Shown piece by piece: positions 1 through 13,142 of a stretch of DNA of 64,000 nucleotides (its first letter is position 1; the number at the start of each line of letters is the position of its first letter). The notes beneath the pieces were generated by a model, which searched no databases, had not been told where the DNA came from, and saw only the letters and a program-made list of their open reading frames with translations. The stretch is from contig CM022676.1 of NCBI GenBank assembly GCA_012295275.1, positions 7,440,001 through 7,504,000 of the forward strand, given 5' to 3'. Source of the DNA: Chrysomallon squamiferum (lineage: Eukaryota; Animalia; Mollusca). The translations under genes were made by a program, and so were the position numbers.

Positions 1-14
1 ATTCCATGTTTCAG

Positions 15-119
15 ATAGTGAGACAGCGCCAAAGACTGTACATGAAGATACAGAGAATCTGTATTCTCGTCTAGAGGAAAGACGAAATGACGTCCCATAT
101 GAGGCGCTACTGCCTGATA
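15..119 (+). CDS. Gene E cytoplasmic ITAM exon 1 in window (SETAPKTVHEDTENLYSRLEERRNDVPYEALLPD)
   Basis: tttcag| acceptor, |gtgagt donor, 105 nt, phase 1-1, open frame with ExxYxxL-x8-YxxL. Confidence 0.8.
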
Positions 120-368
120 GTGAGTGAACTGATATTAAGAAATGATAAAGGAGAAAACGAGTATTTTTTGTTTGCCATGTGAACAATTAAACAAGGTTGT
201 TTTACCGTTATGATGTACAAGAAACGAAAACGCAACATCCAGGATTTTCCAGGAAAAAAATGATATCTATTATTACAATATAAGCTATAGTATATATAGA
301 TGTATGTATATCTATATGTATATGTGAATGTATATGTTTGTATGTGTGTATGTATGTATGTTGTATGT

Positions 369-653
369 ATTTTGAGAATCCATTGGTCCGAAATGTTTGT
401 TATTTTCGGATTTTTGGATTTTGGTATTTGATGAGATAGCCTTAGATATGAAACACAAACTAAATGGTAATTGAACTTATATTTCATGTACATCTTATCT
501 AAGTAGTGTCCACGATTTTATAAAAAGTATATTTAATAATTTTGTGCATGAAATAAAGAGTGGGTGTGCCAGATAACCCGTAATATATCACTTTTTCTGC
601 TGCTTCGAAGATGTTTCGAATTTCAGAACTTCGGATAAAGGATTCTCCATATA
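369..653. mobile_element. Degenerate Tigger4/Zombi-like MITE in an ITAM-array intron
   Basis: ends resemble decayed (g)gttgagaatcc..tccgaaatg / cggataaaggattc TIRs; internal aattttgtgcatgaaa; resemblance from memory, no alignment run. Confidence 0.45.
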
Positions 654-1149
654 GCTGAAAATATAAACAGTTGTCTAACAGAGTTTTAAAGAGACTGATA
701 TTACACATTTACACAGACACACACACACACATACATACGTAACTTATAGGAAAAGAAGAAATCTTAACGACATTTTAGCTATTATGCAATTCTGTGATTA
801 ATATATATTACAAAGCTTTGCTTAAAAATTAATTCAATGGACGGTACGGAAATATTGTAAAACGTTTTGAAAATATATCTGTCTATCAATCTATCTATCT
901 ATGTATCTATCTGGATAGATAGTTAGATATAGATACGTAGGTCGACACCTAGATAGATAGAGAGATAGAAATAGCGTATATGTAAAACTATACACTTAAA
1001 TATATTGAATTTTAAAAATGTATATCTATCTGTGATTGCTAGTGTGTCTAGGTGAATTTACATACACTCATTCATTAAAGCGATTATTGGTTTCTCCACA
1101 CATCAGAATTTTTATATAAACAAAAACAAATTTTGATTCCATGTTTCAG

Positions 1150-1254
1150 ATGGTCAGAATGCTCCAACGGCTGTAAATCGAGATACAGAGAATCTATATT
1201 ATCCTCTAGAGGAAAGACGAAATGACGTCCCATATGAGGCCCTACTGCCTGATA
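1150..1254 (+). CDS. Gene E ITAM exon 2 (GQNAPTAVNRDTENLYYPLEERRNDVPYEALLPD)
   Basis: tttcag|...|gtgagt, 105 nt, phase 1-1. Confidence 0.8.
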
Positions 1255-1565
1255 GTGAGTGAATTGATATTTAGAAATGATAAAGCAGTAAACGAGTATT
1301 TTGTGTTAGCCATACACTTATTAAGCTACTTTCATGAACGATTAAACAATGTTGTTTTACCGTTACGATGTACAAGAAACGAAAACTCAGCATCCATGAT
1401 TTTCGAGAAAAAAAGGATATCTATTATTGTAATATAACCTGCACTATATATATATATGTGTGTGTGTGTATTTATATACACACACATTCATTAATGCGAT
1501 TATTGTTTTCTCCGTACATCACAACTTTTATATAAACGGAAACATATTTTCATTCTATGTTTCAG

Positions 1566-1670
1566 ATAATCAGACAGCGCTCGAGGCTGTATATCAAGAT
1601 ACAGAGAATCTGTATTCTCATCTAGAGGAAAGACGAAATGACGTCCCATATGAGGTCTTATTGCCTGATA
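1566..1670 (+). CDS. Gene E ITAM exon 3 (NQTALEAVYQDTENLYSHLEERRNDVPYEVLLPD)
   Basis: tttcag|...|gtgagt, 105 nt; 3' part of ORF 1460..1678. Confidence 0.8.
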
Positions 1671-1860
1671 GTGAGTGAATTGATGTTCATAAATGATAAA
1701 GCAGAAAGCGAATATTTGTTGTTAGCCATACACCTATTTAGTCACTTTCATGAACAAATATACAAGGTTGTCTTACAGTTATGATGTACAAGAAACGAAA
1801 ACGCAACATGCACGATTTTCCAGGAAAGAAAGGATATCTGTTATTACAATATAAGCTATA

Positions 1861-1916
<56 letters not shown>

Positions 1917-1962
1917 CTATATATATAAGCTATAGTGTATATACCTATAAATATAATATATA

Positions 1963-2006
<44 letters not shown>

Positions 2007-2068
2007 GTATATCTATATGTATATGTGAATGTATATGTTTGTATGTGTGTATGTATGTATATTGTATG

Positions 2069-2358
2069 TAGGTTGAGAAAACTTTGGTCCGAAATGTTTC
2101 TTAATTTTAGGATTTTTGGAATTTGGTATTTGATGAGATAGCCTTAGATAAAAAACACAGTCTAAGCGGTAACTGAACTTGTATTTCACATGCAGCTTAT
2201 CTAAGTAGTCTGCACGATTTCATAAATAGTATAAAATTCAAACATTTTGTGCATGAAATAAAGAGTGGGTGTGCCAAATAATCCGTAATATATCAGTTTT
2301 TCTGCTGCTTGGAAGATGTTTCAAATTTCAGAACTTCGGATAAAGGATTCCCTATTTA
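2069..2358. mobile_element. Tigger4/Zombi-like MITE copy (further copies ~47860-48145, ~49650-49935, ~51410-51695)
   Basis: same ~290-bp element, co-duplicated with the ITAM exon pair. Confidence 0.45.
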
Positions 2359-2846
2359 GTTGAAAATATAAACAGTTTTCTAACACAGTTTTAAGGAGAC
2401 TGACATTAAACATTTACACACACACACACACATACGGAACTTATAGGAAAGAACAAATCTTAACGACATTTTAGCTATTATGCAGTTTTGTGATTAATAT
2501 ATGTTAGAAAGCTTTGTCTTAAAATTAATTCACTGGACTGTACTGAAATATTATAAAACGTTTGAAAGAATATCTATTTATCTATCTATCTTTCTCTCTG
2601 TCTATCTATGTATCTATCTATGTATATATAGGTAGGTAGGTCGATACCTAGATAGATAGAGAGACAGAAATAGCGTATTTGTAAAGCTATACACTTAAAC
2701 ATATTGAATTTTAAAAGTATATATTTATCTGCGAGTGCTAGTGTGTCTGGGTGCATTTACATACTCATTCATTAATGCGATTATTGTTTTCTCCACACAT
2801 TATAATTTTTATACAAACAAAAACAAATTTTGATTCCATGTTTCAG

Positions 2847-2951
2847 ATTGTCAGAGTGCTCCAACGACTGTACATCAAGATACAGAGAATCTATATTATC
2901 CTCTAGAGGAAAGACGAAATGACGTCCCATATGAGGTCCTAATGCCTGATA
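2847..2951 (+). CDS. Gene E ITAM exon 4 (CQSAPTTVHQDTENLYYPLEERRNDVPYEVLMPD)
   Basis: tttcag|...|gtaagt, 105 nt, phase 1-1. Confidence 0.8.
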
Positions 2952-3343
2952 GTAAGTGAATCGATATTAAAGCAGTAACTTATAGGAAAAGAACAAATCT
3001 TTACGAGATAGTAGCTATTATGGAATTTTGTGATTAATATATGTTACAAAGCTTTGCTTAAAAATTAATTCAGTGGACGGTGCGGATATATTGTAAAACG
3101 TTTTGAAAGAATATATATATCTATATAGATAGGTAGGTCGACACCTAGATAGATAGAGAGACAGAAATAGCGTATTTGTAAAGCTATACTGTTAAACATA
3201 TTGAATTTTAAAAGTATATATTTATCTGCGAGTGCTAGTGTGTCTGGGTGCATTTACATACTCATTCATTAAAGCGATTATTGGTTTCTCCACACATCAG
3301 AATTTTTATACAAACAAAAACAAATTTTGATTCCATGTTTCAG

Positions 3344-3456
3344 ATGGTCAGAGTGCTCCAACGACTGTACATCAAGATACAGAGAATCTATATTCTCGTC
3401 TAGAGGAAAGACGAAATGACGTCCCATATGAGGTCCTACTGCCTGATAGTAAGTGA
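3344..3456 (+). CDS. Gene E ITAM exon 5, probable last coding exon (GQSAPTTVHQDTENLYSRLEERRNDVPYEVLLPDSK*)
   Basis: acceptor tttcag; no further ITAM exon seen downstream; reading through the donor gives S-K-TGA (3454-3456). Confidence 0.75.
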
Positions 3457-5593
3457 ACTGATATTAATAAATGATAAAGCAGTAAACGAGTATTTTTTGT
3501 TTGGCATACACTTGTTTATACACTTTCATGAACGATTAAACAAGGTTGTCTTACCGTTATGATGTACAAGAAAGGAAAACGTAACGTCCACGATTTTCCA
3601 GTAAAAAAGGATATCTGTTATTATAATATAACCTACAGCACACATATATATATACACATGTATTTCTATATGTATATGTGAATGTATATGTATGTATGTG
3701 TAGAGAGAGAGAGAGAGAGATAGATAGATATACAAATAAATTTATAAATATATTATCAATCTCAGTAATGTTTTCCCGCGATGATATCAAAGAAATAAAA
3801 TATTTTTTATTTTTTATATTGTCTCTGACGTAAGATCGTGACGTCATGAAAGTCTCTATTTTCTTGTATAAAGGTGATATGAGAAATTAAATTCCTGGCT
3901 GACAGTGACAGAATAAAACTATATTTACATTTTTTAAAATACTAACAAGAGTTTCCTTTCCACTGGTTGGTAAACCATATCTATCCAAGATTTTGTTATA
4001 CTTTTGAGTTTTTATATTCAGTTCACATTGCCTAAGTCAGGGTGGGCAGACTGACAAATGGGCCACACCATTATGAGGTCGAAAAAGGAGCGACCATAAA
4101 GCATAAAGAATGCACATGAAATCTATTTCTTTTTTCTGTTTCTTAATCAACAAATGTATTGTTACATAGAGACGATTAAGTATTGCAGGGAAAAGACATC
4201 AGTGAAATGAAGACTACAAATTTAAAACTGTTATAGGTTTATTGTTCGTGAAAATTCCTGACGGGCCGTAGTTTGCACACCTCTGGCTTAAGGCATACGG
4301 TTATATGATGATTTTATGATCATTTTCTTAAAGTTTTTCATATTGAGATAAACGTTTGGATTGAATTTAAATGTATTATATTGTGCATCATGTTTTTTTA
4401 AATCATTGTTTCTGCGTCTGGACGTTTCCAGGTAAATGTCCTCTATCCTGTCAGATTTTTGTCGTTTTTTTTGTTTTGTTTTGGAATTCAAGGCAGGAAG
4501 TGTTCAACCCGTGGAGGTCCGGTGTTTAAACTTGTAAGAGGGTAATTGGCAGAACGCTTCTGAAGTCGGGCTGATTGGTATCAAAATTATGATTACAACT
4601 TTCGAACTTACAGCTTTGTTTAGTAAACAGTGTAGTCCATGGCAAGAATAGCTGAAACAGTTATACAATGCACAAAATCTGTTTTAGAATGATGCATCTT
4701 CTGATGTAGGCCAAGGTTGTTGCATTTATACGTTTTGTGATCTTTTCGACTCCTGATAAACTGTGTTGTTGTCGTGGTGATCGCTGTTGGTGGTGAAACA
4801 GCATAGATTTAATTTTCTTGTCTGGATTGTTCTGCATGGTCTTGTTTTTTTTAGCTGACTTGATCTGTTGATTCTGAAGAAAGGAGTTGATATTCAGATT
4901 CAGTGGTAATTCTGTTACTTCTCAGTAACCAGCGGTTTGAAACACAATTACTTCTGTTTGAACAAAAATCTCTCGATGATTTGAGTAGTGAATACCACCT
5001 CCATTTTCACCAGATTCTGAATTTATCAAGTAGAGACTAATGTATATATCCGCGTAAATAATTTCACTTGGACTCATCATATTTATGTTTCTGTTTTATA
5101 ATGAATGGACTTGTGTGGGATGTTCTGATGTAGAATTACAGTTATACACCTTTAGCTGGGGGTGGAAATATAAATTAATTGATGTAATCACTTATATCTG
5201 ATCTATTTTACAGCTCTGAAGACATTACTAAAATAAGACTTTGAATAAATCAGTAAACTTACCTTTTTTGTCCTGAATAGATTTTGAATATTCTAGAAAT
5301 GTACAGCAGATGTAAATAGTTGATTTTACGTGTTATCCAAAGTTAATAGTTACTCAGGAAGAGGAAATATAGAAAGAAGAAAGGTTTGCATATTGTTGAT
5401 TTTTTAGCAATGTTTAAAGTGATAGAAAATGGCTTAAACGAACTGTGAGCAAGCAATTCGAGCACGAAATAAGACAAAAGAAGTAAGAAAGGGAACTGAT
5501 GTAACTACTAAACTAGTGTGCACTTTTTTTCTGTTCATTATATTATGTTTCTTTATCTTATAGCAGGTTTGTTTGTGTTTCATCTTACATATT

Positions 5594-6163
5594 CAGTGTA
5601 CCTCTACTTACGAGTTTTATGCTTTGAGTTGCGAACTAAAATCCGAGTTACAAGTAAGCTTCACATACAACATCTCTACGTGGCGCAACAAACAACACAA
5701 TATCAGGCCAGCATCCCGCGTCTCACTCGTTTTCTTCACCAGGTTACCTCGGCACGGAAGCATCTCTGTTGTGTTGTGTTTGCGTTTTGTGCAGTATTTT
5801 GCCAAATATATTTTTTCTGACCATGGATCCTAAGAAAGTGAGTACAAAGGACAGTGCTGAGAAGAAGAAGCGGAGGATGTCCATTGAATTAAAGCTTTAA
5901 TTCATAGAAAAACATGAGCCAGTTGTGTATGTAGTCGACTTGGCTAGGCAATACTAGCGTAGTACTTCTATGATATGTACATACTGAAGTAGGAGTCGAT
6001 AAAGGCTGTACCTCCAGCCAAAGGCGTTAGAATAATTTGTTTGATCTCCAAGATAAATACACTTTACAAAACCAGTTTATTTCTTTACATTCTCCTTTAT
6101 TTTGTTTTTATATAATATTTGTCATTTATAAATACATTTTTTTTAAATTTAAAAACACGTTGC

Positions 6164-6197
<34 letters not shown>

Positions 6198-6375
6198 ATG
6201 AAAAAAAAAAAATAATAATAATAAATAAATAAAACAAGGCTGATTATTTGAGGACTGGAACAGATTAATGGTATTTCAAGTAATTTCAGTCGGGAAAATT
6301 GATTTGATATACGAGCAAATTGAGATACGAGCTCGGTCACGGAACGAATTAAACTCGTACGTCTAGGTACCACTA
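5594..6375 (+). mobile_element. Internally deleted Tigger/pogo DNA transposon with a decayed transposase N-terminus
   Basis: imperfect TIRs cagtg-tacctctacttacgagttt / aaactcgtacgtctaggtaccact; from 5823 MDPKKVSTKDSAEKKKRRMSIELKL*FIEKHEPVVYVVDLARQY*RSTSMICT resembles the CENP-B-type HTH of Tigger transposases. Confidence 0.8.
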
Positions 6376-6567
6376 TATATATATATATATATATAGATAC
6401 ATGTATAAGTATGTATGTATGTGTGTATATATATATATATATAAACATATATATACACATACACACATACATACATATATACATACACACTAATATATAC
6501 ATATATACACATTATATTTAGTGATTATATAGATAGATCGATAGATATTCATTTGAAAGTAGATGTT

Positions 6568-6630
<63 letters not shown>

Positions 6631-7611
6631 ATATATATATATGTCACTATTTTTCTTTGACACAGTAAATAAAATGTTCAGTTCTCTGTTATGATTTAAT
6701 GTTTCCCACTGTACATAAATAAAGCAACATTTCTCTACATATATAATAATTTTTTTTTCTCTATCGATTTTTGTAGTTGCGCCATTCTGATTTTACACAC
6801 TTTTCTTTTCTATAATTTCTCTATTTATCTGTTGGTTTGTCTGTGTCCATGTGTTTTTCTGTCCGATTTTCCTCTCATTCTCTACGTTACTTTATGCATC
6901 CATCCGTCCACGTATAATTATGTGTATAATAAAATATATGCGTATATGTGGATACATGCATATACACACAAGCGCACGTGTGTGTACACTCGTGAACACA
7001 CAGTTATTAATACATATAAAAACATAGATAGATACATAATGGAAAGAGGTATGGAAGCTTCATCGCTTATCTGTGAAACAGCGAAATTATATGGAACTAC
7101 GAAACAAAACATCGTAAGGCATTGTAAGGATCAACAACGTTAATTTAGTACTTTTCAAGCACATATTAGTTTGAATTTAGCGTCAGAAATCCTCATCTCG
7201 TTCAGCAATTTTCACTCTTACTGATAACTGCACCTGCACATACTTGGATAACGGAAATTACTTTAAGTTATCTAAATTTAAATAGAAAGACTTTGTATTA
7301 ATTTTAATTTAAACCGGAGGTGCACAATAAAGCATTGTTGCTATAATTTATTTATTTATTTATTTATATATAATTTTTTTTTTTTTTAAATAAAATAAAA
7401 CGAAACAGATTAAAACAACAACAAAATATTCTCCAGGTCCGTTTAATAGAGTTATAACAAGTTAACGGTCAAAGGGGAATAACTACATAATAAATACATA
7501 AGAACTGAACAGTTATTCCTCTTGGGCAGCTAACTTGTACTTTAAACGCATCTGCACAACAAAGCATTGTTCCTATAATTTATTTATTTATTTATTTATT
7601 TTACCAAAAAT

Positions 7612-8378
7612 TAACAGTCAATTCATGATTACATTGACAACGAAGTACACATTAATACAGTGAATTCATTATTACGTTGATAACACAGTACACATTAATA
7701 CAGAGAATTCATTATTACGTTGATAACACAGTACAGATTCATACAGTGAATTCATGATTACATTGACAACACAGTACACATTAATACAGATAATTCATTA
7801 TTACGTTGATAACACAGTACAGATTAATACAGTGAATTCATGATTACATTGACAACACAGTACACATTAATACAGAGAATTCATAATTACGTTGATAACA
7901 CAGTACAGATTCATACAGTGAATTCATGATTACATTGACAACACAGTACAGATTAATACAGATAATTCATGATTACATTGACAACACAGTACACATTAAT
8001 ATAGTGAATTCATGATTACGTTGATAACGCAGTACACATTAATACAGAGAATTCATGATTACGTTGATAACTCAGTACATATTAATATAGTGAATTCATG
8101 GATATGGTGACAACGCAGTACACATTAATACAGTGAATTAATAGTTACTTTGACAAATCAGTAAACAATAATATAGTGAATTCACGAGAATGCAGTATGC
8201 CTTAATACAGTGAATTCATGATTACGTTGACAATGCAGTACACCTTAATACAGTGAATTCATGATTATGTTTACAACGCAGTACGCATTAACACAGTGAA
8301 TTCATTTTTACGTTGACAACACAGTACACATTAATGCAGTCAATTCATGATTACATTGACATTGCAGTACACATTAAT
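7612..8378 (+). repeat. 43-bp minisatellite, about 18 units
   Basis: unit cattaatacagtgaattcatgattacgttgacaacacagtaca repeated in tandem. Confidence 0.9.
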
Positions 8379-8399
8379 ATCAAACAATATAATGAGATA

Positions 8400-8771
8400 C
8401 TTTACAATATAATATAATATTGCACGATATGATATCATAAGAACACAATAGAAAAAATACAGTAACTTGACAGAAACAGTATGAGGTGTTTGGGGTTAGA
8501 GTTTTTTGGTCGTCTTCTTCCACCCATGGCTGGTTTTAAACAGACTTGTAGAGATACAATATATCAGATTAAAACTAACCGAGTCGTGTCATGCGGTAAG
8601 AAACAAAACTGACAAACTGCCAAATTCAAAATGGTCGCCTTTTATCTCTTTACAACACCCAGTTTATTATGGAATATCATCTGAGAATTTGCACAAACAT
8701 TTTTCATTATTAAAAATGAACGCACGCACATTCAACACACATACACACACATATATATAGAAATCTGTGTT

Positions 8772-8809
<38 letters not shown>

Positions 8810-9408
8810 CACACACACATACAAGATATAAAGATGAGCATACGCACATACACATGTCTTTACTTACCTACTTACTTACAAAGAAAAAAAAAAAAACACA
8901 TTCAGCATACATACATGCATGGATATGTGCATAGATATATACTACATGCATACATACATACATAAATACATACATACATACATACATATATACATACGTA
9001 ACCACTTATCTACATACACATTGCTATAATATAAATAAATACATAATTATAATATAATATTGCACGATATGATATCATAAGAACACAATAGAAAAAATAC
9101 AGTGACTTGGCAGAAAGAATGTTAGGTGTTTGGGGTCACATTTTTGTGTGCGTATGCTTCCATCCATTGCTGGTTTTAACCAGAGTTGTAGAGATACAAT
9201 ATATCAGATTAAAACTAGCCAAGTCATGTCATGCGGTAAGAAACAAAACTGACAAACTGCCAACTTCAAAATGGCCGCCTTTTATCTCTTTACAGCACCC
9301 AGTTTATTATGAATTATCATCTGAGAATTTGTAGAAATATTTTTCATTATTAAAAATGAACGCTCGCACACATACACGCACATACACATGTATATACAAA
9401 TCTGTGTT

Positions 9409-9450
<42 letters not shown>

Positions 9451-9815
9451 CACAACATATAAAGATGAACATACGCACATACATGTATTTACTCACCTAC
9501 TTACTTACAAAGAAAAAAAAAGGAAACCAATTCAGCATACATACATGGATATATACATACGTAACCACTTATCTACATACACATTGCTATAATATATATA
9601 AACACATACGTACATAAATACACACAGGCATAACCTCCAAAAAAAACATTACCCACCAACAAAAAAACAAAACAAAACAAAACGAAACAAATCAAGTATT
9701 CAAAATATAACTTGAGTAAACCTATAAAGTGGGGAAAAGTAATAATAATAATAGTCATATTAATAATAATAATAACAATAATAATAATAATAATCATATT
9801 AATAATAATAATAAC

Positions 9816-9891
<76 letters not shown>

Positions 9892-10560
9892 CAACAACGA
9901 CAACAAAAAAGCACGAAAACAAACAAACGAAAAAGAAAAATCAAATAGAGGTTGAATAACCGGTACAGGCTGAGAGCTTAATAAATGTGATTGTGAGAAA
10001 TGAGTTTTGAAAGAAAATAAGACAGAACAATAACAAATCACTATACACACAAATAGTTTACGTAAAGTCGTTGAATATTTTGTTATCAGAGACTGGAGTA
10101 TGTTGAGAATGGTACAACAGATACGTCGATTACAGAAACTAATAGAAACATTGTTATTTCGCACATTTTTATATAATTATCTACGTTATAGGTGTATGAA
10201 TAGATTTAGATGTATACTCAAAAAATAAGAATACAGCACGCACACACATACACACTCACACATTCTTGTATAACCGAACACAATAGAAAGAATATGCTAC
10301 ACAGTAGTTTGGCAGAAAGAGTATCATGTGCTTTGGGTTAGATCTTTTGTGCGTCGTCTTCCATCCATTGCTAGTTTTAGAGTGTAGAGTTACAACATAT
10401 CACAGTAAAACGGGTTGGCTTGTCATGACAGAAGAAACAGAACTTGACAAGCAGCCTAATTCAAAATGGCCGCCCTTTGTCTCTTTGCAGCACCCAGTTT
10501 ATTATTAAATATCACATGAGAATTTGCACAAACATTTCTCATTATTAAAAACGAACAAAA
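8400..10560. repeat. Three diverged copies of a dispersed module containing CAAAATGGCCGCC
   Basis: gaacacaatag...ttccatccatggctggtttt...ttcaaaatggccgcc..tttatctctttgcagcacccagtttattatg recurs at ~8620, ~9265, ~10460 and about 7 more times in the window. Confidence 0.75.
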
Positions 10561-11079
10561 AGGCGGGCGCGCGCGCACACACAAACACACACACACACAC
10601 ACAAATGTACATATATACATACATACATATAAACATAAACGAACATACGCACATATACATATATTTACTTACCTACTTACATAAAAAAACAACAACACAA
10701 CAACAAACAAACACCTTCAGCATACATACATGCACACATACATACATTCATACATACGTAACAACTTATCTACATACCTGCAAATACACAAATACATATT
10801 TCTACGATATAAAATATCTACATACATGCACATATACACCCAGACATAAACACCCGCCCAAAAACATAAAAAAAATTAAACATAAAAACAAATAAACGTA
10901 TTGAAGAAAATCAAGTATTCAAAAAATAACGCTGTATGGCAAGTCTAAGACCTGGATTCAATTCTGTGAATTTAATTTAATAATAAAAATGTATAACAAC
11001 CCAGAGGTTAATTTAATTGTATTTACATTTTATTTTATTTTATTTTATTTTGTTTTATTTTATTTATTTATAATTTAAG

Positions 11080-11192
11080 GTCAGTATTATATGTTAACAA
11101 CATGAGACAGATGTGCAGTTGTTGGATGACCTTTTACTTCTACTTGTCGAAAAATTCGTTCTCCAATTCTTTGTTCTATAATTGCTTGGTTT
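11080..11192 (+). pseudogene. Truncated V-exon pseudogene fragment (GQYYMLTT*DRCAVVG*PFTSTCRKIRSPILCSIIAWF)
   Basis: taag|GTCAG acceptor as in the intact V exons; two stops; close paralogue of 34430-34540. Confidence 0.7.
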
Positions 11193-11254
11193 CAGAAAAG
11201 TGCCTTAAGAATCGTATGATTAACAAATAAACTTGTTTTCTTCTTTATTGTTTA

Positions 11255-11346
11255 CTAATTTGTTGTAGAAGGAGCGCTTTCAACATATACATGATAATAT
11301 ACAGTCTCTGTATCTTGATGTAGAGTTGGTCTCGCTGACTCATAGT
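11255..11346 (-). CDS. Gene A terminal exon with ITSM-like TVYYHV (YESARPTLHQDTETVYYHVYVESAPSTTN*)
   Basis: catgtttcag| acceptor homologous to the ITAM exons, phase 1, ends in TAG. Confidence 0.7.
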
Positions 11347-11422
11347 CTGAAACATGGAATGAAATTATGTTTTAGTTTATATAAAAGTTGTCATGTATGG
11401 AGCTAAACAATAATCGCAATAA

Positions 11423-11480
<58 letters not shown>

Positions 11481-12159
11481 CACACATGCGCACACAGACA
11501 TATAAGTTAAAAAGTCAATATGATTAAGTGTATATTTTTATATATATGAATATATACCTATCTGTCTATTTATATACCTATCTATCTATGTACAACACAG
11601 ATATAAAAATGTGTTTGTCTAGCTGTATCGATGTGAGTTTGTGTGTGCGTGTGTGTATACATTTTTTTATGCGTCTTCTTCCATTCATGGCTGGTTTTGA
11701 ATAGAGTGTAGAGTTACAAAATAGCAGAGTAAAACTGATTAGTGACGTCATAACGTAAAAAACAAAACTTGACAATCAGCCATGTTGCCATTTTGTGATA
11801 TCCTATAATATTGAATTATGTTGTATAGTATCATATCATATTCTATGACATTAATTTAAATTGTATTATTAGCTCTGTTTTTCATTTCAATTTGATCTAG
11901 ATAATGTTTTGCCTCAGAATAGGAAACCACTGATATTTAGTGTATAAAGAAATTATATACAGAAAACTTACATCTAAGCTGGTTAGGATAGAATATAAAA
12001 ATCAAGTGTTATTAAATCACAATTTTATTTATAAACTGGTCCTATCAGCGTAATCATAAATTCACTGTATTAATGTGTTCTGAGGTGCAATATCTACCTG
12101 CTGTTTCACAATCACACAGATAATAAATCAGTTAATGAAATTAGGACTATTTATCCAGG

Positions 12160-12217
<58 letters not shown>

Positions 12218-12528
12218 GTATGTAGTTATGTACATATATGTATGTATGTATGCATGAACGTATGTGTGCGTATATAAGCATGTATGTATTTTATTTATCT
12301 CTAGAGATTCGAGTTGGCTTGAAGCTGACCACTGCAATGTATATTACAATATGATTTGATTATTTGGCTATATATTTATTATTTGGCTATCATATGTTAA
12401 AAACATTAAATATAGCCTGACATTTTATTAACCTTGTTTAATTTTTTATGAAACTGCCTTACGAAGTGTATGATTAAGTAATAATAATCCTTTTCTTGTT
12501 TTCAGTTCATTAATATCAATTCACTTAC

Positions 12529-12633
12529 TGTCAGGCGTTATGACGGTTTCTGGAACGTCATTTCGTCTTTCCTCTATAGAAGCATATGGATTCTCTGTGT
12601 CTTGATCTACAGGCGCTGGCACAATCTGATTAT
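12529..12633 (-). CDS. Gene A ITAM-derived exon with the second Tyr lost (NQIVPAPVDQDTENPYASIEERRNDVPETVITPD)
   Basis: tttcag|...|gtaagt, 105 nt, phase 1-1; within ORF 12521..12772. Confidence 0.8.
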
Positions 12634-13103
12634 CTGAAACATGGAATGAAATTATGTTTTTGTTTATATAAAGAATGTGCAGAGATAAAAATACTCGCTT
12701 TAATATGTACGTGTGAGTGTGTATGTGTGTGTGTGTATGTGTGTGCACAAATACATGAACGCGCTCGCACACACAGTCAAATGTATAACAATTTAAAAAG
12801 TGAATGTTTAAGTGTATATTTTTACATATAACTCATCTCTCGCTCTATGCATATACACATAATAATGTGTTTTCATAGATACATCGATGTATGAGTGTTT
12901 GTATGTAATAGGTGAACATATAGGTATATATATGTATGCATTTACTTATGTATGTTTGTGTATTTTAGGATTTGAATATTTTCTGTCTTATGCACGTCTG
13001 ATTAGACTCTGCACAATATTTGGAAAGACACTGGCGCAGGAGGTAATCATCGCTGTATACATCTCTGTGTGTCTGTGTGTTTATGTGTGAGTTTGTGTGT
13101 GTG

Positions 13104-13135
<32 letters not shown>

Positions 13136-13142
13136 AACTTAC

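Noticed and set aside
1935-2141. Many ORF-track entries rich in YI/CV/HT/LS/ER/N/I runs (e.g. 1935, 8771, 9729, 20182, 32316, 61682)
   Set aside because: They are translations of (TA)n, (CA)n, (TC)n, (AAT)n and (AAAT)n microsatellites, not proteins.
5518-5833. Overlapping 100/86/62-aa ORFs, duplicated at 54823-55138
   Set aside because: They span the non-coding 5' part of the Tigger remnant; their conservation reflects the segmental duplication.
7612-8378. Regular short repeats suggestive of a CRISPR array
   Set aside because: Units are contiguous with no unique spacers, no cas genes are present and the context is eukaryotic; it is a minisatellite.
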